The notes under the pieces were generated by a model, which was not told the origin of the DNA, ran no database searches, and saw only the letters and a program-made list of their open reading frames with translations. A stretch of 64,000 nucleotides of DNA from Anthoceros angustus (lineage: Eukaryota; Plantae; Anthocerotophyta), in contig MU008204.1 in assembly GCA_010909165.1 (NCBI GenBank), forward strand, positions 17,810 through 81,809. The letters are read 5' to 3'. How positions within the stretch are numbered: the stretch's first letter is position 1; each line of letters opens with the position of its first letter. Shown here piece by piece: positions 47,609 through 59,400 of this stretch. Position numbers and translations under genes: made by a program.

Positions 47609-49910
47609 GTTCCAGCAATCTTGCTCTCTTATGACATAGACATGTTTGGAACATTATAATATGAGGGTAGTCGCCGGCATGCCGGCGCCCCCCCCTACTT
47701 TCCTTCTCGCATAATACATGAAAAAGCTGTTTTGGGGTTCTCCATATCACGTCATAGTTAAAGAACCGTTTGCCACAGTGCCCGGCGCCCGGGACTTCAT
47801 CCACCATTACCCTGCGTTTAAAAACATGTAATCGATCATTCAACCAAGGCACTCGCCCCTTACACGTTCCGGACACACACTTATATGGCAATTTTGGTTA
47901 CTGATGAGATTTTCCGGAAGCGGCTTCTTTTCGGGTGGAAGTGGCTTTGTATATTGAGCTGCTTCAAATATTATGCTGTTGGGAGTTTAGTTGCTCCTTT
48001 TTTCCACGACCCTTAAGTTCTCCCTTTGTTGTCCTTTGTTGGATGGGCTCTCCCCATCATTTTAAAGCTTTACAACTGGTGTGTATGTTTAAGATTTAGA
48101 TAAACATGAACACATAGAAACATTTAGGTGTAATATTTATGGTGATTATAAATTTCAATATATATCATATAACATTTAAGAATGCAGAATTGCCTCATGT
48201 TATTTCTTTACTTATTTTGTGACACAATGAAATTTTGTGACACATTTTTTTTTATATTTCATTCTAGTCCTGTTGTAATTTCCCAATATGTCCCAAAAAT
48301 CATCAATGAGGCATTTCACCAGTTTTCGTAAAAGGAAGGGCATAAAGTAGTACTTTATTATTAATCCGTAAGTTATTTCACATGTTTTGGGGTACGATGA
48401 ATTATTTTTCACATTCGAGTAAACAACAAGATCTATTTGGAATGCGAAATAGATCAACAATGTTAACAAAATCACAATGTTGCAATTGCTTAGAAGACAT
48501 TAATTTACAGCCCTTGCAAATTGATGTCTTAATGCACGTGGTGAATTTTACCAAGCAAATGATTATTACAAAGGCTATATGAAACTGGTGAGCAATGCTT
48601 AACGAAAACAAGTCTACATGACCCAAAGAACTGGGGTCCTTTTGTACTAATTCAACTCCTATTAAGTCAAGATAACCTAACTAACGGTGTCATGAATAGT
48701 CATGAACTAGACTCGTCTTAGGTGCTCAATAGGGTGTGTGCATTAGCGCTAGGTCACGGTCGTCATCCTCTCCTGTGCTGATAATACCTAATTAGTAATC
48801 CTAATATTCTTGATAACTCTATTTCCTATATATGGGAAAAGAAGATTTTATCATAAAAAAGAGATGGGAAAAACCCATCCCATATATTACATTCTTATTT
48901 CCTATATATTTATTATTATTTATTTTTATATACTTTATTATGTAATTCATTGCACTATATTTTGGATGGACTTAATTATTAGTACATATCGGTGGATACT
49001 AGATGTATTTAAGAAATATCTCTCAACTTTAGGTAATGTAATTTTCGAATATGAACTTATGTAACATAACTTATACTTTTTATAGTTTGCAGATTCATGT
49101 AGAGTCTCATCGACAAAAACTTATAGCTAGTTGTATTGAACATATCACACCTTTTTCGTAATATCCTTTTTCACTTGAACCTTTTTTCTAATATTTAAAC
49201 TTAAGTATTTTCAAAAGTTTTTGAGATAGGAAAAGGTACAGATTCTCTAAAGCTTTCAGACTTGACTGGGATACTATAGTCGATAGAGCTATTAGGCACC
49301 CCACTGTTGATAGGCTTACCACTAGGTAACCTATATTTAATTATTTACTAAATAATTATAAATAATTTACTTATAATTAGGTCCGGTGCCACCGAGCGCA
49401 GAGAGGGTCGGGGGATCCATCCCCGCTGCCCTATTCACACCCCGGTTTTTGAGCGCGGAGAAAATTTCCCTGCGTTCCGCTGGTTCGTATCCTGGCTGCG
49501 GGGTCGTTCGAGTATCCGTAGTTGGCATCCGTAGTTTTCGGCAAGGTATGTAATTAACTTTTTGTTGTTTGATGATTAACTACTAAAAATTAAAAAAATC
49601 AACAAAAGTATAAAATAATTTAAGTTCCGCCACAACAGAGATTTATCTACACCACCATAAATTAATTGAAAATAAAAGAATTGGCTACATCATTATTGTA
49701 TGACTACAACATCTTGTGCCCGACTTGGGGCTGAAAAAATGGAAGGCACATCTGACAAGCGCACGAGGCTGTCATAGGTTGCACAAATATGCATGGTCGA
49801 TGCGTCTTGGTTCGACAGGTTGCTCATCTGCGAATCAGCTCCTAACTACATTACCACCAGCCCGGAAAAGCAACACCATTCACTCATTCTCACCTCATAG
49901 CTTGTGCTTG

Positions 49911-52900
49911 CTACTGCAGAGTTTGAGTGAGATCATTGTGGTAGAGAAACATGGTTGTTGCAGAGTACTTGTTGCTCAAAAACTTGAGCAGCTCTGTGCA
50001 CTTTGCCTTGATAGCCACACTGCACCCACTTTGAATGAGCAGCACCAATTTGCTTGCAGCACCAGCTTCCACTGCAGCCACAGAGAGCTTGTCACTGCGT
50101 CCAGACTCAGGAGATCCAATGACACTTGACAGCACTGTCAGTGCTGCCTCTGTCCGCCGTTCATTCTTTGGTCGCAGGCATGCAACTAACCTGGGCATCA
50201 AGGACCTGTAATGGTGCATCAGGGCAAGTCGCCCTTCTTCTGTGGTGCAAATAAGCTCCAGAAGATGGAAAATTTTCCCTGTCCTATCTGTGGCCCTGTC
50301 CTCTGGTAATGATGCACCTAAGGGTATGAGGTCCACCAAACTAGGGACGGCACCAAGACTTATCAGAGGGAGGAGAGCCTTGCTGCAATGGGTGCATAAA
50401 AGGTAGATGGTGGAGACAGAAGCAATTGCTGCCTGGTAATGTCGTCGTCCAGATTGAAGAAGGAGAACGAGCATTTGCAACAAGCTGCAATTAGTAGCGA
50501 TTCTCACCACAATTTGAACAACTGACCTATGGTCAAGGGAGGTTGCAACACAGGGTGGCATGTGAGGATCACTGTCCAGCATGCCTGAGGCAATCCGGCC
50601 TGACCATCCCTGTCCAGACCTGCGAGTTGCGACACCTCCTCCTGTGAGCCCATCTACATCCAAATTCAATGTTTGACGAACTCCTGTTGCACTGCCAATA
50701 CCATCAACCAAGGTCTCAACAATATGCCCAAGCAATGTAACAACGCTGATCCTGGTACCCAGAGTGGCATCTTCACCCATCTGTGCAATCAGAGTATCTA
50801 GGACCACCTGCTCTGTAAGTTGAGCTGCCGTGTTAACTGTCAAAGGCATCAACAAGACAAGGATTTTCACAACCATGACAGCACACTCTCTTGCATTCTT
50901 TCGGTCAGCCTTCTTCTGGCTCTGCATGGAGTAAGGCTCAAGTGCAGTGAGCAGAACAGGGATTGTTTCATCCACCATGCCAAGGCGGTGAATCTGCTCA
51001 GATGCTGCAAGTTTTTGAAGTTTCTTCAACGCTTCAAGCCTCATAGCCTGCAACCCATCCTGCCCAGAGGGACAGAGTTCAGCAGGTCCAGACACAGGAG
51101 ATGGGAAGTTTTTGTTAGGAGAAGGAGGAGGGTTCACTAAGACGTCATTTTCTGGCTGTCCAAGACTGAGAGCCTGGTGTTCCACGTGTCTAGACATCGG
51201 CGAATAAAACTCTCCTGAGTGCCCTGATGTTGGAAAGTACAGTCCACCCAGGGAGCCATTGTCACAATGCTGGGAGAACAGCACAGGAAACGTGGAGGCT
51301 GCACCATCATCAGAATAACCATACTCTGTCATAGACGGGGCCTTGATATTGCCCTTCGACCATTTGCTAAACTCCCGCTCTGGAAAAAATCGTCCTGTCC
51401 GAACGGAAAGCACTCATCCTGCACGGTTGGTGGTGGTGTAATATATCCCATAGACTGTGACCGCGATGAGCTGTGCATAGAGAAAGGTGACAACGGCCCA
51501 GACATCGGACCAGAGATGGGTCCAGAGATGGGCCCAGAAAGTGGCCCTGACAATGGTGAGGCCTGCCCATAGAACGGTGATGTGAATCCCGAAGAGGAGA
51601 TGCACCTCCAGTTGATGCGTGTCTTGAAAGGGGACACAATCTCAGGAGATGCTGAAGCCTCAAGAACAGAAAGGGAGAAATTGGACCAGACAGAGGCCCA
51701 GAAAGCAAAGAGATCTGCTCAGGGGATGCGAAGCCTTGCATTGAAACATGCATCTCCTGGGGACTGTACAGTGAGATCTCCCTGCCGAAGTCCGACAGGC
51801 TACCAATTTCTTGAATGTAGCCATCAGCATCGGCAGAGTCCATAGGAGACGATGGAGGATCTTTGCGGTAATAACTCCAGTCCATGGCCACAGCCTCCTG
51901 TTGCGAGTACTTGGCGTCTTGGTGCCGATCAGAGCCAGAGGTTTGTTTCGCTCTCGAGTTGGGAATCAGCCTCTGCAAGGGCCACTTGCACGAGGTCATC
52001 ACTTGCTCAGGTCCAGATGACAGCCCATCCAGTCTCTTCCCGAAGCGCTCCTAAATCTGGTAGAAGGGGCGGGGCTGTGAACTCCTTACGTTGCGAACCA
52101 CCTACCGATTCCTGCACATTCCTGGTGTCCACAAGGTCTTCCCAGGTGAAAGGATCCACAGCGACCCTCTCACTGGCAAAATCATACCTGTTTGGACAAA
52201 TCTTGTCACTTTGATCAGCACTGGAGCCCGACAGATGTCGGCGGTGTGATGGCTTGGGCCAGTCTCCTCCTTCTGTGAATCCATGTGGTCACTCTTGGGA
52301 GGCCGAGGAAGACTCGTTTGCACCTTCAAAGGAGGAGCAGAATCCTTCAGGACCTGAGGCGAATACTGGTTTCCTCCAGAATACCCCGCAGAATTCTGCA
52401 CTGCTTGCTTCCCTGCTCCCCTGTTTACTGGGCTTCTAGTTTTCTGACCTCTGACAGCACCCCTTCGCAGAGCCTGAGCTGTGATGTCACGCCACTTCGC
52501 CACCACAAGATCTCGCCATTTCGCAGGGCTGTTCGATCCTTTCTTGCGAAAATCAGCAGTCTCAACTCTCTGAAGCCTGTTCTCGGGCACCCTATCTTTA
52601 ATGAGAGCAAGAAGTCTGGGCGACTCTGCAGCTCCCAGACAGTCAGACTTGACAGGCTCCAAAATCTGAGATCTTTGGGCAATAGTTTTGAGCGGTGACG
52701 GTGACCTCCCAGCAATTTGGGTACCTCGAATGGAATCAATGACCAATGCATGCTGATGAGCATCCTTCAATCTGGGCCAGTCAATTTCCTGACTTTCTGC
52801 CTCTCCGGCGGCATAGCTTTCACAGGTGAGCTCCTGCAGGCTTGGAATAACCAGTCGACAAGACGAATTGAGGGCGTCCCCACAATCCCAGACACCTTTC

Positions 52901-53612
52901 TGGCAGCCTAACTCAGCCACTCTATCCACTGTAACCCCTCTTTAATGTCCATCTGCAGAAGCCCATCCACCAGCTCCTGGTGGAGGCTTGAGTCAATGGC
53001 TTGCTTCCATATGGTGTCAGAGTATTCAGGGAGCTCAGCACCCTCACCTCCTGGCCATTCAGGTCCTTCATGATGATGCCCTGACCTTTGGAGAGCATAA
53101 TGTCCTCCAGGCCCTTGCAGAGAACGATCTCCTCCAACAAGGCCCTCACTTCTGCAGGAGTGGTTTCTGAGAGGGGCGGACTGCTTCTTGGCCCTTCTGA
53201 CAGCCTTGAGTGTCTGCTTCTTGTGCCACTCTTCAATCATATGCCTTAGAGTGTGGTTAGGGATAAGAGTGCTGTCCGTAAGCCTCTGCATAGTTGTGGG
53301 GCACGTCCTGTTACCTGCTGCCAGCCACCTCTCGATGCTGTGTCTGTCATAAGTCTGACCTGTGCAGAGGGTAACAGGGTCCTTCATCGGCTCCAATGAG
53401 ATGGGGCACAGGAAGTTGGAGGGCATCTCATCTGCGGATTCTTCGACCGATGCTGCAAGCAGCCTGGAGATTCCTGATTCCCTACCTCTCATATCACCCT
53501 TATCCGGGCATCCCACTTCCAATCCCAATCCCAACCCAAATCGTGGTGAAAGGCTGGCATGCCTGTTCCTTTGAACTGCAGCGCTCGCCATCATGCTCCC
53601 CTCAAGACCCAT
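49911..53612 (-). CDS. Plant U-box/ARM-repeat E3 ligase (PUB), copy 1, intronless with frameshifts
   Basis: U-box [58 protein letters not shown]-terminal ARM repeats [47 protein letters not shown]. Confidence 0.88.
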
Positions 53613-56458
53613 GAAGTCCTATACTGGCTGCCGATGAAGCGAGCAAGTCTGTTGAAGCTAACACGCAATGAAGCAAACTGCTCCACCTCGCCCTCACCCA
53701 GAGCGTGATATAACGACGTCACCGTGTCTGAAACAGGATGCAGAAACACTGGTGGAAAGAGGGCTACCTTTCTTGCGGAACGGGATTCCAGACAGATGAA
53801 CCCATTTGCACCTCAGAAGCAAACTCGACTTGGTCGCCATTAGTGATTTGAACATAAGGTAGCCTACGGGAACCAGTTGTTGTTGTACCTGTCTACAACC
53901 AACAACGATGCCCAATGCAGCAGGATGGTTGGCACAACATCTACAAGTTGCATTCCATAGCCATTCGTCCGTCCAAGCAAAATCTTAACCTGGCACCACC
54001 TCGCTGCAATTGCTCAAAATTGATGTCATTCTCAACCAATCTGCCATCTGTCGGGAAGGTGATGGAGTGAGAAAGTGTTCAAAGACGGGGAGCGACACGA
54101 GAATTGCAGAAAAAGCCTTCCAACCCGATCCAGGATCTCTCTTCTTATCTTCACCAAAATGGTGCTCCCACCCTGACGTTGGCGACACGCTAGCGCGGGC
54201 AGGGAAATCATCAAACTGCTCCCGATTCGGCGAGCGACCGGACACTCTAACAACGAAGGAAGCAGCAGGGCAGGCGAGTCAGAAAAGAGGGGCAAGGAAT
54301 TGCGGAGCAGGGCAAGAGCCCGGCTCCTGAATCGTGGAGTGAGACACAATCCAGAGAGCGCGAGAAAGAATCCATGGCGGAAGAGCGGAAGCTCAAAGAT
54401 TCCAGGAAGCTGCTGCAGCAGCAGCGCAGAGCAGGCACAGACATAGAGGCGAGGTTCCGGATCGAAGAAGAGGATCGAAGAAGGCGGAGGGAGCAGACAG
54501 ATGAGAGAGCGACGAGAAGAAACACCCAGAAGTTCCACGCAATTGTGCAGCAGAGGCAGGGGCAGGCAGGGGCAGCGGCAGGCAGAGGCAGAGGCAGGTG
54601 ATGAGAGGTGCGGAAACAGGTGTCCGCCACCGGCATTCGCAGCTGCTGACCGCTACGTGATGCGGCAGCGGGAGCTCAGCGGTGCAGCAAGACGACGAGA
54701 GAGTGAGGCACTGCAAATTGGCGCATCCGGCAAGAAGGAGTGACGAGGAGAGAGAGAATGCTGGAAGCTGGGCTCTGCCGGGGCCGGGGCCAGAACCCGG
54801 CACAGCAGCCTAGGCTGGTCTTGGAGGAACAAGAAGGGGAAGCGGGAGGGGACGAAGCGGAAGCAGAATGTGGATGGGAAGGATGTGTCTGTAGGCGGCA
54901 TATCAACACACAGAAAAGCCGCTGGAGCTGCTTCGGGTGGCAGAGCCACAATCCTAGGCTGAAAACCAGGTCCCCGGTTCTGGGGCCGGCACCGGCCCTG
55001 GCCCTGCATGGAGCATGCCGGGCAGGAACAGGGAGAGGAGACCGGTCAAGCCTCCAGGCTTCTCATCAAGTTGGCTGCCGAGATGCCACCAGGCAGGAAA
55101 GCAGCGGAAGCTTCCCTCTGTCCCAGCCCCAGCAAGGAAAAAACAGGAAAGGAAGGAAAAAAGAAAATATCAGGGAAGGAAGAAGAGGAAGAAGAAGCAG
55201 CTGGCCTGCCTGCCGCTGCACGACCGCAGCGGCTGACAGTTGCCACCTGCGAAAGCAGAACGTTGCTCCTCCGCCTTCCTCCTCCCGCAAAGTTCAAACG
55301 GGCCAACGGAAACGCGAGCACGACGAAGCCTGCCCCTGCAGCCTGCAGGTTCTGCAACCTGCAACCTCCTGCAACCTGCAGCGGCAGACCAGATCACACC
55401 AGCATCGATCATTCATCACACGAAGAGAGGAAGCGAGAGAAATGGGGCGGACGCGTTCCTCCGTGTAAACTTTACGGAAGCTTGCGTTGGAAGCCGGTGC
55501 GTGCGTGCATTGAGCATTGAGAGCTTGCTCTCAGAGAAGTATATCTGATGTGGAGTCCGTCGGCTGGCTGTTCCGGCGATTCGAACCGGTGATTTCAGGT
55601 TCCTAGAGTTAACTGGCTTAACCAAGGTATCATGTCCTGAACGGCTCCCCAGACCGTTGCGCCTTTGCGGGCACCGGCAGCAAGGAGCTCGTCACCCGGG
55701 AGGTGGAGCGGGCGGGAGCGTGCGGCGTGCGGGCCGCGAATCCCAGCGAGGCTGGCTCTAACTGCGTTGCACACATTACGAGATATGTATGAAAATGACA
55801 TGGGCGACCGGGCGGCCCGTTTTCGAGACACGGGGAGGGAGCGGAGCGGAGCGGAGAGGAGAGGAAGAAACGCTACAGTTACAGAGTTTTATGGTTTTAT
55901 GTAGGAATTGGGGAGACGAGCGGAATGTAATAAGGGCATATTGAAATGGGAGATTTGGGCCCAGGCTACCTCGCGATGTGATCATGGCCGCCCATTTATG
56001 ACTATGTTAACTGCCGATCGGCGGGCGGATCCGGGGATCATTCTCACAGCCCCGCAGTTATGGCTTGCTTATTAGCAGCTGCAGCTAACCTGCCTTGGCG
56101 CTCAACCGAATCTTTGTTCTTGGCCAGCAAACTCGATTCTGTAGGTACTGAAAAGTGTTGTAAAGTTATGTATTGTACGTGGGGATGTGCGGTTAGTGGG
56201 TAGGGTAGGGACATGGGAGAAGGGATGGAGAAGTATTGAAAACGGGAGGAAAGCAAAATGCCTTGTGCCCGACTTGGGGCTGAAAAATGGAAGGCACATC
56301 TGACAAGCGCACGAGGCTGTCATAGGTTGCACAAATATGCATGGTCGATGCGTCTTGGTTCGACAGGTTGCTCATCTGCGAATCAGCTCCTAACTACATT
56401 ACCACCAGCCCGGAAAAGCAACACCATTCACTCATTCTCACCTCATAGCTTGTGCTTG

Positions 56459-59400
56459 CTACTGCAGAGTTTGAGTGAGATCATTGTGGTAGAGAAACAT
56501 GGTTGTTGCAGAGTACTTGTTGCTCAAAAACTTGAGCAGCTCTGTGCACTTTGCCTTGATAGCCACACTGCACCCACTTTGAATGAGCAGCACCAATTTG
56601 CTTGCAGCACCAGCTTCCACTGCAGCCACAGAGAGCTTGTCACTGCGTCCAGACTCAGGAGATCCAATGACACTTGACAGCACTGTCAGTGCTGCCTCTG
56701 TCCGCCGCTTCATTCTTTGGTCGCAGGCATGCAACTAACCTGGGCATCAAGGACCTGTAATGGTGCATCAGGGCAAGTCGCCCTTCTTCTGTGGTGCAAA
56801 TAAGCTCCAGAAGATGGAAAATTTTCCCTGTCCTATCTGTGGCCCTGTCCTCTGGTAATGATGCACCTAAGGGTATGAGGTCCACCAAACTAGGGACGGC
56901 ACCAAGACTTATCAGAGGGAGGAGAGCCTTGCTGCAATGGGTGCATAAAAGGTAGATGGTGGAGACAGAAGCAATTGCTGCCTGGTAATGTCGTCGTCCA
57001 GATTGAAGAAGGAGAACGAGCATTTGCAACAAGCTGCAATTAGTAGCGATTCTCACCACAATTTGAACAACTGACCTATGGTCAAGGGAGGTTGCAACAC
57101 AGGGTGGCATGTGAGGATCACTGTCCAGCATGCCTGAGGCAATCCGGCCTGACCATCCCTGTCCAGACCTGCGAGTTGCGACACCTCCTCCTGTGAGCCC
57201 ATCTACATCCAAATTCAATGTTTGACGAACTCCTGTTGCACTGCCAATACCATCAACCAAGGTCTCAACAATATGCCCAAGCAATGTAACAACGCTGATC
57301 CTGGTACCCAGAGTGGCATCTTCACCCATCTGTGCAATCAGAGTATCTAGGACCACCTGCTCTGTAAGTTGAGCTGCCGTGTTAACTGTCAAAGGCATCA
57401 ACAAGACAAGGATTTTCACAACCATGACAGCACACTCTCTTGCATTCTTTCGGTCAGCCTTCTTCTGGCTCTGCATGGAGTAAGGCTCAAGTGCAGTGAG
57501 CAGAACAGGGATTGTTTCATCCACCATGCCAAGGCGGTGAATCTGCTCAGATGCTGCAAGTTTTGAAGTTTCTTCAACGCTTCAAGCCTCATAGCCTGCA
57601 ACCCATCCTGCCCAGAGGGACAGAGTTCAGCAGGTCCAGACACAGGAGATGGGAAGTTTTTGTTAGGAGAAGGAGGAGGGTTCACTAAGACGTCATTTTC
57701 TGGCTGTCCAAGACTGAGAGCCTGGTGTTCCACGTGTCTAGACATCGGCGAATAAAACTCTCCTGAGTGCCCCGATGTTGGAAAGTACAGTCCACCCAGG
57801 GAGCCATTGTCACAATGCTGGGAGAACAGCACAGGAAACGTGGAGGCTGCACCATCATCAGAATAACCATACTCTGTCATAGACGGGGCCTTGATATTGC
57901 CCTTCGACCATTTGCTAAACTCCCGCTCTGGAAAAAATCGTCCTGTCCGAACGGAAAAGCACTCATCCTGCACGGTTGGTGGTGGTGTAATATATCCCAT
58001 AGACTGTGACCGCGATGAGCTGTGCATAGAGAAAGGTGACAACGGCCCAGACATCGGACCAGAGATGGGTCCAGAGATGGGCCCAGAAAGTGGCCCTGAC
58101 AATGGTGAGGCCTGCCCATAGAACGGTGATGTGAATCCCGAAAGAGGAGATGCACCTCCAGTTGATGCGTGTCTTGAAAGGGGACACAATCTCAGGAGAT
58201 GCTGAAGCCTCAAGAACAGAAAGGGAGAAAATTGGACCAGACAGAGGCCCAGAAGCAAAGAGATCTGCTCAGGGGATGCGAAGCCTTGCATTGAAACATG
58301 CATCTCCTGGGGACTGTACAGTGAGATCTCCTGCCGAAGTCCGACAGGCTACCAATTTCTTGAATGTAGCCATCAGCATCGGCAGAGTCCATAGGAGACG
58401 ATGGAGGATCTTTGCGGTAATAACTCCAGTCCATGGCCACAGCCTCCTGTTGCAGTACTTGGCGTCTTGGTGCCGATCAGAGCCAGAGGTTTGTTTCGCT
58501 CTCGAGTTGGGAATCAGCCTCTGCAAGGGCCACTTGCACGAGGTCATCACTTGCTCAGGTCCAGATGACAGCCCATCCAGTCTCTTCCCGAAGCGCTCCT
58601 AAATCTGGTAGAAGGGGCGGGGCTGTGAACTCCTTACGTTGCGAACCACCTACCGATTCCTGCACATTCCTGGTGTCCACAAGGTCTTCCCAGGTGAAAG
58701 GATCCACAGCGACCCTCTCACTGGCAAAATCATACCTGTTTGGACAAATCTTGTCACTTTGATCAGCACTGGAGCCCGACAGATGTCGGCGGTGTGATGG
58801 CTTGGGCCCAGTCTCCTCCTTCTGTGAATCCATGTGGTCACTCTTGGGAGGCCGAGGAAGACTCGTTTGCACCTTCAAAGGAGGAGCAGAATCCTTCAGG
58901 ACCTGAGGCGAATACTGGTTTCCTCCAGAATACCCCGCAGAATTCTGCACTGCTTGCTTCCCTGCTCCCCTGTTTACTGGGCTTCTAGTTTTCTGACCTC
59001 TGACAGCACCCCTTCGCAGAGCCTGAGCTGTGATGTCACGCCACTTCGCCACCACAAGATCTCGCCATTTCGCAGGGCTGTTCGATCCTTTCTTGCGAAA
59101 ATCAGCAGTCTCAACTCTCTGAAGCCTGTTCTCGGGCACCCTATCTTTAATGAGAGCAAGGCTCAAGTGCAGTGAGCAGAACAGGGATTGTTTCATCCAC
59201 CATGCCAAGGCGGTGAATCTGCTCAGATGCTGCAAGTTTTTGAAGTTTCTTCAACGCTTCAAGCCTCATAGCCTGCAACCCATCCTGCCCAGAGGGACAG
59301 AGTTCAGCAGGTCCAGACACAGGAGATGGGAAGTTTTTGTTAGGAGAAGGAGGAGGGTTCACTAAGACGTCATTTTCTGGCTGTCCAAGACTGAGAGCCT

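Larger units (their letters stand above)
43258..47980. mobile_element. 4.7-kb DNA transposon, 34-bp TIRs, 4-bp TSD GGGA, carrying a DNA methyltransferase gene
   Basis: Left TIR aacaacataatatttgaagcggctcaatatacaa (43258-43291) matches right TIR 47947-47980 at 32/34. ggga occurs at 43254-43257 and 47981-47984. Removing the element rejoins the CRE 3' end. Confidence 0.88.
42420..48070 (+). mobile_element. CRE-like non-LTR retrotransposon remnant (42420-43257, 3' tail resuming at 47981)
   Basis: HFACCSQGGQRIATHNAIRNIMFAIARESGYMAWRE, VSVADVVTN, LTLETYG, FKQHISIAHQR. The 3' UTR gggagtttagttgctcc at 47981 matches the reverse complement of 18743-18760. Confidence 0.78.

Noticed and set aside
54240-55550. 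Many overlapping ORFs upstream of the PUB gene (also 62480-63780)
   Set aside because: This is purine-rich, low-complexity leader/promoter DNA with ggcag(a/g) and ctgcaac microsatellites, and the frames differ between the two copies.
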